IMG/VR virus record: IMGVR_UViG_3300011754_000016
Span: 1 to 64,000 of that record
Direction: 5' to 3' (one strand)
Length of the DNA stretch: 64,000 nucleotides
DNA from: an uncultured virus (IMG/VR IMGVR_UViG_3300011754_000016)
Taxonomy: Duplodnaviria; Heunggongvirae; Uroviricota; Caudoviricetes
A program made the position numbers and the translations under genes. The notes under the pieces were generated by a model, which worked only from the letters and a program-made list of their open reading frames with translations, did not search any database and was not told the DNA's origin. Shown here piece by piece: positions 7,407 to 17,746 of this stretch (position 1 is the stretch's first letter; each line of letters begins with the position of its first letter).

Positions 7407-9857
7407 CTACAGAACAACCTCATGGTTAGCGCCGAAAATAGAATCCATCATTGCTTGGTCCTTACTTGCATTTTCAAATATTCGCTCTTGCTTGATTGTT
7501 TCAAACAGCCGATCAAAGGCTGCATTAATCAGCTTTCGTTCCTCGCCTTCCGGATAGGCTTTGTGGTTGCTATAAAGCGCATTGTCCGCGCCAAAGCTTA
7601 AATAGTCGTTACGGCGCTCTTTATTTTTTAGACTATCTTCTAAAAACGCTTGAAAGGACCGTGCCGCCATTTCATGCAGACTGGACCAATAAGGTTTTGA
7701 CTTGCCAGCGTCCAGCTCCTTTGAGTTGGCATAAAATTGCGACACACGCTCACCGGTATTGAGGTAAATTGTTTGGTCAATAAACGCCACGCTATGATAA
7801 GCGGCGGCTATTTTTCGCCATGTGTTATGGTTTTTAGTGCGCCGGCTGGCAGGTCGATTGCCTTGTAATCGATCATCAACCGCTAAGACTGCCGATTGCG
7901 CGTCTTTCGCATCAAAAATAATCTGACTCATCGTGTTGCGAGTACCATCTTTGATATTAAGGATGGCAAGGTCCACATCCTTTTGAGTAATGGCAAATTT
8001 TTCAGGAGATCGCGTGACACCAAGCGTCATGACATCCTGCAACTCTTTGAACCGCGTTCCGACAATATTGTCACCGACCAAATCAGGCGTTTGGCTCAAG
8101 AAGTTCCCTGCGCCTGTTGCGCCGTCAACACCCATCACCTCACCTAAAATATTATCAATAGCATGGAACCATTCATGCCCCAGTGAGCCGCCACCTTTCA
8201 TTTTGGTGATGTTAATAACGCGTCGATCCGACTCATAGTGTGCAAGCGCACCTGAGCGACCACGCGCGCCAAAAGCTAACGCCAATCTGCCACCAAACGC
8301 CAATGATTGCGGATCAATCCCTACCACATCGGACAGATCAAGCATACTTGCTGCCGCGTTTTCTACATGAAATTTTGCGCTATCTTTATCGTTTAATACC
8401 CAACTGCCTGATTGAATGTCACGAAAGCCAAAGGTGTTTTTAAGCTCGCTGGTTGAGTTGATTGTGACCGGCTCGCCGCCGATTCGGGTGATATTATCAG
8501 CAACAATTAGCTCAAACGTTTTTTTCTTTTTGCCTTTGGATGCCGGCTTGCCTGCATCATCTTTTGGGATCACAAGCCCCCAATCATTGTACTTACCGCG
8601 CAATCCTGCGTTGGCGTGCTTCACAAAAGCGGCTGAGGTCAGCTCGATAATCGCCCAAAAGCGCTCACCTAAAGACACCCACGCAAGGCTTGTCATATCA
8701 TTTTTAAGTGCGTCAATGCTATTGGTTACGCGCATTTTATCTAGCATTTTGAATTGAGCGAGATATGGCTCGTAATCTTTACGGCTGACAATGGCGCTGT
8801 CGGTTCGTGTGATTTGATAATTCTGATGGTCCGCTGATTTATCCTGATCGTCAAGCCAATCTATCATCGCGCGAGTTTTGAAATAACCACTACCCACCCA
8901 ACCGGTATAAACTTCAAAATCACCTTTATTGTAATACACCAAATCAGCGTCTTTGTCGCTTATATTCATAGACTTGATGGCTTGCCGGCGCGCGCGGTCA
9001 TAATCTGCTTCCAGTTTTTTGGACTTGGCAAGCAGATCACTCGCCATATCATCTTTTATTTTTAACTGCCGTAAATACTCATCACTCTCGCCTGCGCTAA
9101 GTTGAAAACCGCCCATTTCACTGGCAATCAGCTTTAATTCAGCGACCAACGACTTAATGTCTTTAATGTTGGTAATTCGCGCCTTAAGAGAATTGATGCC
9201 GGTCACGTAGGCTTTTCGCGCCATTTTTTGCTGATCTGCAATGCTGTTTTGTTCAAGCTGATCAAACACGGCTGCTAAGTCGCTAGGTCGCAAACCTTTA
9301 ATTATTTTGCGACCGGTATTGCTGTTTTTGACAAAATAGGACAAATCCCAATGCGGTGATGGGGCAATAGACGCCAGGACTTTTTGGATCATGAAAGCAG
9401 TTGCGGCATCACCGTCGCTATCCTTCATTGCTTGGTAGTCGATTTTACCCATGATGTTTGATTTTTTAATCACATCTTCAGCCAGTAGCGGATCAGCTTC
9501 GATCTCGTCCCATTCAATATCAGTGGATTTTACCGTTTGACCTTCTTGCGCCAACTCTTTGATCCGGTTTCGCGCCTGCTCCTTGTGGCTGCCTGAAATG
9601 TAACCTGTATCGGCGTAACGGTAGTTTTCGTCATTTACATTGTCGCTAAAGCTGTCCTCTGAGTCATCATCAATCAGGTCATCGTCAGGTGGGCTGGCGG
9701 GTTTAGTGTTGCCCAAATAACCAAGTTTGGTCAAAATATCGGTCAAATATTTGGCAGCGTTGGCGCGGGCAAGAAATCCGCTTGCAGATTTTAGGTCGGT
9801 TAAGGCGTTTTGTAGCAGCTTGATGTTTTCAAGGCGCTGCATTGTGTTTGATGGCAT
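7407..9857 (-). CDS. LPD1-domain polyvalent protein with a zincin metallopeptidase motif
   Basis: 816 aa; LAFGARG, GGGSLGHEWFHAIDN (HExxH), YWSSLHEMAARSF, AYPEGEER. Confidence 0.8.
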   Translation of the reverse strand: MPSNTMQRLENIKLLQNALTDLKSASGFLARANAAKYLTDILTKLGYLGNTKPASPPDDDLIDDDSEDSFSDNVNDENYRYADTGYISGSHKEQARNRIKELAQEGQTVKSTDIEWDEIEADPLLAEDVIKKSNIMGKIDYQAMKDSDGDAATAFMIQKVLASIAPSPHWDLSYFVKNSNTGRKIIKGLRPSDLAAVFDQLEQNSIADQQKMARKAYVTGINSLKARITNIKDIKSLVAELKLIASEMGGFQLSAGESDEYLRQLKIKDDMASDLLAKSKKLEADYDRARRQAIKSMNISDKDADLVYYNKGDFEVYTGWVGSGYFKTRAMIDWLDDQDKSADHQNYQITRTDSAIVSRKDYEPYLAQFKMLDKMRVTNSIDALKNDMTSLAWVSLGERFWAIIELTSAAFVKHANAGLRGKYNDWGLVIPKDDAGKPASKGKKKKTFELIVADNITRIGGEPVTINSTSELKNTFGFRDIQSGSWVLNDKDSAKFHVENAAASMLDLSDVVGIDPQSLAFGGRLALAFGARGRSGALAHYESDRRVINITKMKGGGSLGHEWFHAIDNILGEVMGVDGATGAGNFLSQTPDLVGDNIVGTRFKELQDVMTLGVTRSPEKFAITQKDVDLAILNIKDGTRNTMSQIIFDAKDAQSAVLAVDDRLQGNRPASRRTKNHNTWRKIAAAYHSVAFIDQTIYLNTGERVSQFYANSKELDAGKSKPYWSSLHEMAARSFQAFLEDSLKNKERRNDYLSFGADNALYSNHKAYPEGEERKLINAAFDRLFETIKQERIFENASKDQAMMDSIFGANHEVVL

Positions 9858-9890
9858 TAAGTTGTCCTTTTACGGGGTGGCTAATGCCTT

Positions 9891-9932
9891 ATTATCACAT
9901 TGATTGACGCCTTGAGTTGTCAGGCGTTCCAA
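9891..9932 (-). promoter_or_regulatory. Late promoter motif (LPD1 gene)
   Basis: TTGGAACGC, then GATAAT 29 nt after GGAAC. Confidence 0.7.
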
Positions 9933-9977
9933 CAAAAAGCCCCGCTTGTGCAAGGCTTGATGAGATCTTCGTAGGTA

Positions 9978-10853
9978 TTATAAGTATCGTAAGCATTTCT
10001 CAAGCGTTTGGCAAAACTCATCATAACCATTTAAGCCGCCGTTGACGGTTTGGCGAATAATGCGAGCGCCGTAGTTCATTTTATAATCTTTAGTTTCAAC
10101 GCCCTTGCTGTTCAACGTGTTGAGCGTATAGCCATTAGCGTAAGTATTGATCTTTTCGGCTTTTTCATTACAACCATTGATATTCCAAAATGCCATTGCC
10201 GCTTGAACTGAGTTATCCAAATCTTCAATTAGCTTTGGATTGTCACCAAACTTGATCCCCGTCATGTTTTGCAAAATGTAATAATTACTGCGGAAGGTGT
10301 TTTGAATAATGCCGCCGCCGCGATAATCCCAGCCGTCATCCGTGCCGGCGCGGTTGCCAAATCGCCCGCCATATAAGTGATTCGCTAAAGCTACTTGACC
10401 TTGAGCTACTATATTCCGTGCAAAAGCTAGGTTCGGTATGCGCGACTTTGGAAACACTTCTAACAAGCGCTCAGGGCGGTAATTAAAGCTTTCGCGCTTA
10501 GCATTAAAGCCGTTCGATTCAATCAAGCAGGTTGCGATAAACGCGCACATCTGCTTTTTAGTAAGGATTTTATACTTAGGCGCATACTTTAAAATGATAT
10601 CAATCGCTTTTGGATTGACGCTCGGGTAAACCTTTTTTAAATTTTCTAAGGTCAAGTTGTACGGTCGCTTGCCAGCCACGGCGTCAGCTTCTTTGGCAAC
10701 CACTTCCAAGCGATCAATGATTTCATCACGAAATTTATCATCATTCATTGCTTTATTGGTGATATCAACAACCAATTGCGATAGCTTTGCTGGCTCCAAG
10801 TGCTCGCGCAGTTTTTTAAAAATATCGGTATCGGTAATCGCTTGATTGCTCAT
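9978..10853 (-). CDS. Endolysin, glycoside hydrolase family 19
   Basis: IESNGF, LANHLYGGRFGN, DGWDYRGGGIIQNT, VNGGLNG. Confidence 0.88.
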   Translation of the reverse strand: MSNQAITDTDIFKKLREHLEPAKLSQLVVDITNKAMNDDKFRDEIIDRLEVVAKEADAVAGKRPYNLTLENLKKVYPSVNPKAIDIILKYAPKYKILTKKQMCAFIATCLIESNGFNAKRESFNYRPERLLEVFPKSRIPNLAFARNIVAQGQVALANHLYGGRFGNRAGTDDGWDYRGGGIIQNTFRSNYYILQNMTGIKFGDNPKLIEDLDNSVQAAMAFWNINGCNEKAEKINTYANGYTLNTLNSKGVETKDYKMNYGARIIRQTVNGGLNGYDEFCQTLEKCLRYL

Positions 10854-10858
10854 GTCAA

Positions 10859-11254
10859 TTAGTCTCCTTTTTGGTTAAGCCTGCATTGTAAGCATTTCAT
10901 GGTATTTTTTAATTGTTGATTTTCGGCGGCTAAGCGCTTGTTTTTGGCTCTTAAAAAACTCATCACTCGCGCCAGCATTCGCAGGTGATGCACAATTAGT
11001 AGTGCTGCCATCAATAAAAAAACGCGGGACAGCATGGATTGGTAGGATGGCTGAAATGTCACGCTTCCCCAGTCCGCCCAAATCAGCATCAACCAAATAA
11101 TGACCGACAGCGCCAAAGCGGATGATATGGTCCATTGCCTTGTGCAAATTTTGCCGCTAAAAAATAGATACAAGCATGAGCCGATACCGATAAACGGTAT
11201 CGATAAATTCACCCAGCGCCAATGCAAAAGTTCACGTAATAGATCTGCAATCAC
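10859..11254 (-). CDS. Membrane protein, putative holin/antiholin
   Basis: Three hydrophobic segments and a coiled-coil tail; next to the endolysin. Confidence 0.6.
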   Translation of the reverse strand: MIADLLRELLHWRWVNLSIPFIGIGSCLYLFFSGKICTRQWTISSALALSVIIWLMLIWADWGSVTFQPSYQSMLSRVFLLMAALLIVHHLRMLARVMSFLRAKNKRLAAENQQLKNTMKCLQCRLNQKGD

Positions 11255-11784
11255 TTGTTGCGACCTCCGAAAAATAACGTAATAAAGATCTTAAAACGCT
11301 CAATTAAAATGTCTTTAACTTCTTTTAGCAGTTCTTTTGCCATCGATTGAACCGCCAGCCAAAGCTCAGGACTGCGAACGAAGTCGCCAATATTTTTAAC
11401 TAAAATTGCGCCGACAAACGACATGATAAGCGCCGTGATCATCAAAAGTTGGACAGGCGGCTTGGCGGTGATGGCAGGCAGGACCACAAAAGAGCTGATC
11501 ACACCAACTGCAAAACCAAGCGTCAGGTTGATAACCTTTTGCCCAAACGTTAATGAAGGGTCTTTCATTAAGTCAGTCAGTAAAGAAAAGAGCGAGCCGA
11601 CAAATGATAAAAACAGCGCCAAGACAAAAAATATCCAAATCGGTAAATCAAGATATAAAAAATTGTGCGTTTGGTTGAGCTGCTGATTAAGCCCAATTGC
11701 GCCCGCTGCTGCAATTACGCCGTGTACCCCGCTTTGCATGATACTAATGACTGCCAGCTTTGCCGCTTCAATGCGGTGCGTCAT
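11251..11784 (-). CDS. Membrane protein, putative holin
   Basis: Three to four hydrophobic segments; within the lysis cassette. Confidence 0.6.
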   Translation of the reverse strand: MTHRIEAAKLAVISIMQSGVHGVIAAAGAIGLNQQLNQTHNFLYLDLPIWIFFVLALFLSFVGSLFSLLTDLMKDPSLTFGQKVINLTLGFAVGVISSFVVLPAITAKPPVQLLMITALIMSFVGAILVKNIGDFVRSPELWLAVQSMAKELLKEVKDILIERFKIFITLFFGGRNK

Positions 11785-11819
11785 CGCAATCCCCTGCTTA
11801 TTGTTGATTTGGTAATGAG

Positions 11820-12419
11820 TTACTCAGCAAGCTGCTGCTTGAGCAGAAAGCCGTAAGGCATCCACATTTTGCTTTTTGCGTTTTCAAAAGCGATTTTTTG
11901 ACCAATGACCTCATCAAAATTTTCAGGGTCAGCGCAAGCGGATTCACCAGTAAAAACAAAGCCGTTTTTTACTTCGATTTGACAGTGGGTTAAGGTTTTG
12001 CCTAACTGGGTATAAGTCACGCTTACGATTTGGCTTTCTAAAAACTCAGGAGTGATAGGGTTTGGTAATTCGCTATCATCACTGTCTACAAACTCATGAC
12101 AGTCGCACAGTGAGCCAGTTTCGCGTATGCGCTTGATTTCGTCATCGGTCAATTCGCGATCATCTTTTGGTGCGGTGCAAGCTTGTTGTCTACTGACTTC
12201 ATGAAATTGACTTTCAAACATCGCTTTTGGCGTCCACGACACGTAGCCATCATATCCAGCAAGGTTTGGCTCGGCATTAATATCTACGGTTAGATAGCCA
12301 TCATCACTACCATCTTCATCAGCCGGCAAATCCCAACCGCGTAAGTCGTTATACTCTTGGCGATTCATTGGCTTGGCTTGCACTTTTTTTAATGCGTTAT
12401 AGCGTTTGAGTTCTGACAT
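11820..12419 (-). CDS. Two-domain protein with a C-terminal N4 gp49/Sf6 gp66-family (Acb4-type sponge) domain
   Basis: LTHCQIEVKNGFVFTGESACADPENFDEVIGQKIAFENA..W..YGFLLKQ; N-terminal AKPM..RGW..GY..GYVSWTPK domain. Confidence 0.75.
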   Translation of the reverse strand: MSELKRYNALKKVQAKPMNRQEYNDLRGWDLPADEDGSDDGYLTVDINAEPNLAGYDGYVSWTPKAMFESQFHEVSRQQACTAPKDDRELTDDEIKRIRETGSLCDCHEFVDSDDSELPNPITPEFLESQIVSVTYTQLGKTLTHCQIEVKNGFVFTGESACADPENFDEVIGQKIAFENAKSKMWMPYGFLLKQQLAE

Positions 12420-12442
12420 GATCTTTCCTTTTAAGTGTTGTT

Positions 12443-12763
12443 TTATCGACGACTACTTGTGACCTTGATAAGCGCATTTAGACAACCAATGACGCCCGTT
12501 TTATAAAGTCGCTCGCTTTCCATCTTTTGCGTTGTGCGATCAAACGCATTGGACTTTTGATATATTTTTGCAAAAGACAGTCCTATTTTAAGCGCTTCCG
12601 GCAAGCTCATTTTCCCGTGTTCCATCATTGTGAAAACGTCGTCCAGCAACGCATTCTGATAATCGCTCGATGACCCCGTGTAGGCACTCAAGGGCGCAAA
12701 ATCGCGCCGGCGAGTTATCACCAGCACCTCCTTGCGGGACAATAGTGATGCCGTCATTATCAA
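12443..12763 (-). CDS. Small tail/baseplate assembly protein (start uncertain; overlaps the upstream gene)
   Basis: Open frame LLDDVFTMMEHG...; +1 frame relative to 12588-13382. Confidence 0.5.
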   Translation of the reverse strand: MIMTASLLSRKEVLVITRRRDFAPLSAYTGSSSDYQNALLDDVFTMMEHGKMSLPEALKIGLSFAKIYQKSNAFDRTTQKMESERLYKTGVIGCLNALIKVTSSRR

Positions 12764-13382
12764 AGCCTATGTTCAAAAAGTGCTCCAAATCAATCAGTGC
12801 CATATTAAAAACATTTGCCAAATTATTGAATTTGCTGACTGATAGGCTGCTGATAAAAGCAAAGCGCTCTTGGATCTTCTCGTTGATCTCAGTATCACTC
12901 ATGAACGGTGTAACCGGCTCCCAAATCATCGCCTCGCCACCAGTAAAATAAGCGACATTGCCAGATATTTGACATGCCATTTGCGCGGCTACCCAGTCCG
13001 CTACGTTTTCCGCCAAACTCTCGATCACGCAGGCATGAGCGCCGTATAAATGCGAGACCACTAACTCCCCTACCGCAGTCGTGGCGGGTATTTCGCGCTC
13101 AATCGTGTTTTTGGTATAGTCTTTTAGGTAGCCTTGACCGACCTGACCGATAAACTCACTTTCGGTAATCGCATGGTGATTAAGTAAAATAAAATAGCGC
13201 TCTTGAACGGTTAAGCTTGCGGCAAGCTTAGCGTCACCGCTCAAGTGAGCAATCATGGCGCTAATACGTTTTTCATTAAATTCAGGCGGGATTTTGGAAA
13301 TATCAATCGCCTGCTCATAATTGAGTTCAGGAAGGGTGATTTCGCGATCATTAAGCAATCGTAAGGTTGTGGTGGCTATCAT
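12588..13382 (-). CDS. Putative tail/baseplate assembly chaperone
   Basis: 264 aa; position in the late operon; weak resemblance only. Confidence 0.5.
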   Translation of the reverse strand: MIATTTLRLLNDREITLPELNYEQAIDISKIPPEFNEKRISAMIAHLSGDAKLAASLTVQERYFILLNHHAITESEFIGQVGQGYLKDYTKNTIEREIPATTAVGELVVSHLYGAHACVIESLAENVADWVAAQMACQISGNVAYFTGGEAMIWEPVTPFMSDTEINEKIQERFAFISSLSVSKFNNLANVFNMALIDLEHFLNIGFDNDGITIVPQGGAGDNSPARFCALECLHGVIERLSECVAGRRFHNDGTRENELAGSA

Positions 13383-13386
13383 GTTT

Positions 13387-14274
13387 TTACCGTCTCATTT
13401 TTAAAATATCGTTAGAGTCCCACGCCATAAGTGACAGTAGGGTGATTTGTACTCTGACTAAGATGCGATTGCCTTGCTTGTTCATGGGCGCTGTGATGGG
13501 CGCCGATACGTTCTCAATAACCATTGGGTTATAGGTTTTGCCGCCATATCTCAATTGCACCAACGGCGGGATTAAAGAGGGGAACAACCCCTTTGATATG
13601 CCGCTTTCAAGCGTCGATACAAAAAGCGACTGGTCGGACAATTCAATAGGGGAAGCCCAGCTTTGCAAAAGCTCGATGGCATCCTCAACCTCTGCTTTAG
13701 CATCCGCCCACGCATGAAAAACCAAACTTCCGGAAATGCGAACTGAGTTGCTTGAAGTATAAATTTGGCGGCTGTTGAGTTTAGTAAAGTTGGAGCGACC
13801 CATGAGACCGCGTAGGGCAGTATCTGCTTCGCCAAACGCTGAGCTTGCTGCGTCACTGATTCCGGTTACCTCACCTACGGCGGAGGCAACATCGCCCACG
13901 CTTTCAGCTAACGCGCCCGCCATACCTGTTGGATCACCTGCCATTGCAAACACGTTATAAAGCGCTGCGCTTGCCTGCCCTGATTGGATCATCCCCATGA
14001 GGTTTGGCAATCGACTTTCAGGGTTTGAGGCTTCAAAGGGGGTGCTATATTGCGATTCAATAGTAAAGTCAGCATCCTCAAACAGCCCCTCAACAAATGG
14101 TTGAGTGGTATCCACGTTGTAAGTTTGCTTACCCTGCCCGCCCTCAATATTGCCTTCAGTAACTCGGCGTATTCGAGCAATCAAATGGGGGTTTAACCCC
14201 TTTTGTTGCCAAACCGTTCCTACTGACGGGCTTTGGGTAGTGGGTTTGCTTGCATTTTTGGGCGTCTTTTTCAT
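13387..14274 (-). CDS. Putative tail tube initiator / baseplate protein
   Basis: 295 aa; beta-rich tube-like C-terminus (PPLVQLRYGG..PMVIENVSAPI). Confidence 0.55.
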   Translation of the reverse strand: MKKTPKNASKPTTQSPSVGTVWQQKGLNPHLIARIRRVTEGNIEGGQGKQTYNVDTTQPFVEGLFEDADFTIESQYSTPFEASNPESRLPNLMGMIQSGQASAALYNVFAMAGDPTGMAGALAESVGDVASAVGEVTGISDAASSAFGEADTALRGLMGRSNFTKLNSRQIYTSSNSVRISGSLVFHAWADAKAEVEDAIELLQSWASPIELSDQSLFVSTLESGISKGLFPSLIPPLVQLRYGGKTYNPMVIENVSAPITAPMNKQGNRILVRVQITLLSLMAWDSNDILKMRR

Positions 14275-17200
14275 GATGTGCTTGCCATATCTTGCAGCGC
14301 TTTGATGCTAATTTCAGCAAGTCTTTTCTGATACGCTTCACTAATGGCATTTACTTTGATCATGAGCGCTTCATCACTTGCCACTTCATCAGCGATTTGG
14401 ATTAGCTCCTCAAGCAGTTCATTGTTTGGCTCAAAGTCGTCTGAATTAACCAGTTTTTCAATGTCATCTAAGCGGTTTTCAATGGTCATGTCAGGCTCGT
14501 TTTGTTGGGGCGCGTTTTCCTCTACGCCTTGCGGTTCGGGCGTGGGGGTAGTTTGTGCTTCGGGTTCGTTTTCAAGTTGGCTGAATAAATCATTGTCGGC
14601 AATAACTTGGTTGGCGTGACTAATAACATCGGCAAGTTTTAGCGGCTCAGGCTCGCCAAACATATCAAGCGTTTGGCGCTTGTTGGCATCACTGTCAATA
14701 AATCCTGCCATTGCTTTAAAATACTCTGCCATTTTTTTAGCGCTTCGGGCGTTTTGAGCAAGGAATACTGCAAGTTCGGCGGTGGCGTCATCAATATCAC
14801 CAAATAAGCCTTGCTGCTTAACATACTCGGCAACGTCTTGGTTGTTGCGCTTGGCGCTTAATAGCACGTTGCTTGCTTCCACAATCGCGCTTTTGACTTC
14901 ATCATCAATAGATTTTTCAATGCCGTTAACAAGACCATCTGCCACATCTTGAGCTTGAGCGCGGTTGCTGGCTTGCGCCTCGACAAACTTGCCAGCAGCA
15001 AGGCTTAGCGCGTTAATCATGTTTTGCAATTCAGGGTTGGTTTGATCCGCCATCATTTCAAGCAAGCGATCATCATCGTAAGCTTTGCTAAATACCGCCG
15101 CTTTCATTCGTGTGGCTAAAGCTTGCGTTGGCTGACCGTTACTGTCGGTATATTGCGCCGCTTCCGTTTCACCAAGGCTTGCTAAAAACGCTTTAACAAA
15201 CTGCTGATTACTTGCAGCAAGCAGGTCGCCGTTTTCGCTTGGTGTGAACAACTCAAGCATTCCACCAGTCAAGCGTTTGGCGTCACTTTTGGCGCGCTCT
15301 GACGCGGTAAAGCTCAGCTTGTCGTCTTGGTTGGCTTCAACAGTAAAGGCGGCGCGGTCAATGTTGGTGATGCGGATTCGTACCAAAATAGGGTGCTTGT
15401 ATTTTTCGACCTGCTCAGCACTAAAGCCAAACATATCAGCGTTATCAGCAAGCCAATTACGATACTCGCCAGCATCACCATTGGCGTACGCCATCTTGAT
15501 AGCAATGGTGCGACCGTTGCCGCTTTCCACGATTAAGTCATCACCAACGATAGGCGCGCCGGTATCAACGCGACTACTGCGACCCAAGCTTTCAGGATCA
15601 AGCTCTTTTGAGGTTTTTTGCACCCATGCAATTGAGGCGTCACGGCTTCGGTCACGCGGCTGTAATTCTTGCGGGTAATCAGGGTTTTCAGCGCCGCTTG
15701 CAGAATGCGAGGCGACCAACTTTTCGGCTTCAACCAAAGCAAATTTACTACTGATTTTTGTGCCTTTAGGGGTTTTGGCTTGGCTTGTTTTGCCGGTGGT
15801 AATACTGTTGCTTGGGGTTGCTGCTTGCTCGGTAGGCGCGGCTGATTCATCTTGAGCGCTTGCCAGCGTGTTTTCATCTTGAGTGGCGTTATCCTCAATA
15901 ACAGGCTCGGGTTTACGACCATCTTCAGGAATAGAGAAGTTGTAACTCTTGTCCTTATTAAATAAGTCGATTAATTCTTCTAAGTAATTGACGTTGTACT
16001 TATCAGCCATAGCTACGATGAACTTTGAGGTTCGTGCGGCATTCATTTGAGTATAAGGGTACTTAGTGCTTGGTGCTCTAACGTCCACAAGCTCGCTATC
16101 TTCAAGATAAAAGCGACCCATTTTGTCAAACATACCTTTGGGGTGTAGCTTTCTGTCTTTTAGCAAGGTATAAACAGTTTTAATATCAGCCTTGCTTAAA
16201 GTATGACCTCTTGACTTGATTGCGGCTACCAGTTGCTTTAGCCCATCATAGGCGTTTTTAGCATCTTCGTTTTCGGACAAATCTTTGGCGTAATCATCAT
16301 CCAAAAACTCAAGGAATCGTTCGAGATAGACGCTGTTCTTGGGGTTGAATTTAGTGTCTTTTTCGGAAAGCGATAATTCAAAAGCAAGGGTATCTATATA
16401 ACCCTCAGTATCATCGATTGTTTTATTGGTGATTTCTTGCGGTGAGATTGGTGTATCTTGAGTGCTTGCCGGCGCATTTTCTTCTACCGCTACGGTTTCC
16501 ACAGTTTTTTCGATTTTCGGCGCTTTCATTGCTGCGTCGATCTTTTTATTTAAGTCGTCAATGGTGCTATCTAAGTCGCTGATGGTTTTAGTTTTATCGC
16601 TAATGCGCTGCTCAGCATCGCTAATGTCTTGATCCATTTGCAGCTTGCGGGCTTGCGCGGATTTAAAGCGCTTACTGTTTTTAGCAGCCACACGCATGAT
16701 GCGATTCGCCAATACTGGCAATTGAACATTATCCCCATTTTTCGGTGACAGTACGGCGGTCACATCACGCTTGTTCAACATCCATTTCCAAGAAATCATA
16801 ATGTCGCTTGGTGCAAGCTTTAGCGGGGTGCTGTCAGGATTATGGAACCAAATAGAAACGCTTTGACCGTCGGATAAGTCAAAAACAAAGGCGATATTCG
16901 ACACGCCTTGACGCTTAAACGGCTTGGTTTGAGTGACGTTAACCACCGATAAACTGTCATTGCTGGCACGGCTCATGGCGGCAAAAAGGCGGTCTTTTAG
17001 TAGCGGCAACCGGTTTTTGGTTTCCATCAAAGCATCAAAGCTTTCTTCTTCAGCGCCCAAATCTTGCAATTCTGCGGTCAAATCAAGCGCGTTGATTAAC
17101 TCATGGCGGCTATCAGCGCGAACCATATCAAGATATAACGTGCTATCGCTGCCGCCGTGGCTGGCAAGCGCTAAGCTTTCGATAGAGTCCCATTGGACTT

Positions 17201-17717
17201 CATCAAAAGTGACGCGCCGGCGCTCCGCCTCAAGCTCGCTTGCGGTGATGATAGGTAAGTAGTTTTTATTCTGTGATGGGTTATCTAATAGCTTGCTGAT
17301 CGCGTCAATTGACCAGCCGTTATCGCAATCTGCGCTATCAAACTGGCTTGCTTCGGAACTGACCAGTACAAAGCTATAGCTGTCATCACTTGTTAAGCTA
17401 TCAAACTGACTGCGCGCCACTTGCAGGGCATGAGCAGCATCAAGCGCTCCGCCAATAGCAAAGCTGTCGATATAGGCACCGTTTTCATCAAAGCTGTTAA
17501 GCAGATACCAATTGTCATCATCACTGCCAACGCTTGCGTCAAACCCTAAGCCATCAAAGCCGGTCGTGTCTGCAATGACGGCGTTAAGGTTTCGGTAATT
17601 GCCGGTGATGACGCCGGACTCATAACGACTGTAACGCGGTTTGATTTCGCCATCTGCTTGCAAAATATTGCGCTTGGTATGAGCTTTATAAGTGGTTTGG
17701 TACGCCATGATTGCCAT
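14271..17717 (-). CDS. DarA-like / DdrB-ParB-like fusion, internal virion protein
   Basis: 1148 aa; acidic FD-rich N-terminus, PFKRQGV..LSDGQSVSIWFHNPD (P1 DarA-like), coiled coil, NPDYPQELQPRDR..GAPIV..VESGNGR (DdrB-like ParB domain). Confidence 0.75.
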   Translation of the reverse strand: MAIMAYQTTYKAHTKRNILQADGEIKPRYSRYESGVITGNYRNLNAVIADTTGFDGLGFDASVGSDDDNWYLLNSFDENGAYIDSFAIGGALDAAHALQVARSQFDSLTSDDSYSFVLVSSEASQFDSADCDNGWSIDAISKLLDNPSQNKNYLPIITASELEAERRRVTFDEVQWDSIESLALASHGGSDSTLYLDMVRADSRHELINALDLTAELQDLGAEEESFDALMETKNRLPLLKDRLFAAMSRASNDSLSVVNVTQTKPFKRQGVSNIAFVFDLSDGQSVSIWFHNPDSTPLKLAPSDIMISWKWMLNKRDVTAVLSPKNGDNVQLPVLANRIMRVAAKNSKRFKSAQARKLQMDQDISDAEQRISDKTKTISDLDSTIDDLNKKIDAAMKAPKIEKTVETVAVEENAPASTQDTPISPQEITNKTIDDTEGYIDTLAFELSLSEKDTKFNPKNSVYLERFLEFLDDDYAKDLSENEDAKNAYDGLKQLVAAIKSRGHTLSKADIKTVYTLLKDRKLHPKGMFDKMGRFYLEDSELVDVRAPSTKYPYTQMNAARTSKFIVAMADKYNVNYLEELIDLFNKDKSYNFSIPEDGRKPEPVIEDNATQDENTLASAQDESAAPTEQAATPSNSITTGKTSQAKTPKGTKISSKFALVEAEKLVASHSASGAENPDYPQELQPRDRSRDASIAWVQKTSKELDPESLGRSSRVDTGAPIVGDDLIVESGNGRTIAIKMAYANGDAGEYRNWLADNADMFGFSAEQVEKYKHPILVRIRITNIDRAAFTVEANQDDKLSFTASERAKSDAKRLTGGMLELFTPSENGDLLAASNQQFVKAFLASLGETEAAQYTDSNGQPTQALATRMKAAVFSKAYDDDRLLEMMADQTNPELQNMINALSLAAGKFVEAQASNRAQAQDVADGLVNGIEKSIDDEVKSAIVEASNVLLSAKRNNQDVAEYVKQQGLFGDIDDATAELAVFLAQNARSAKKMAEYFKAMAGFIDSDANKRQTLDMFGEPEPLKLADVISHANQVIADNDLFSQLENEPEAQTTPTPEPQGVEENAPQQNEPDMTIENRLDDIEKLVNSDDFEPNNELLEELIQIADEVASDEALMIKVNAISEAYQKRLAEISIKALQDMASTS

Positions 17718-17746
17718 GCCTTAATAAAAAATTGGTAGATGGTGTT

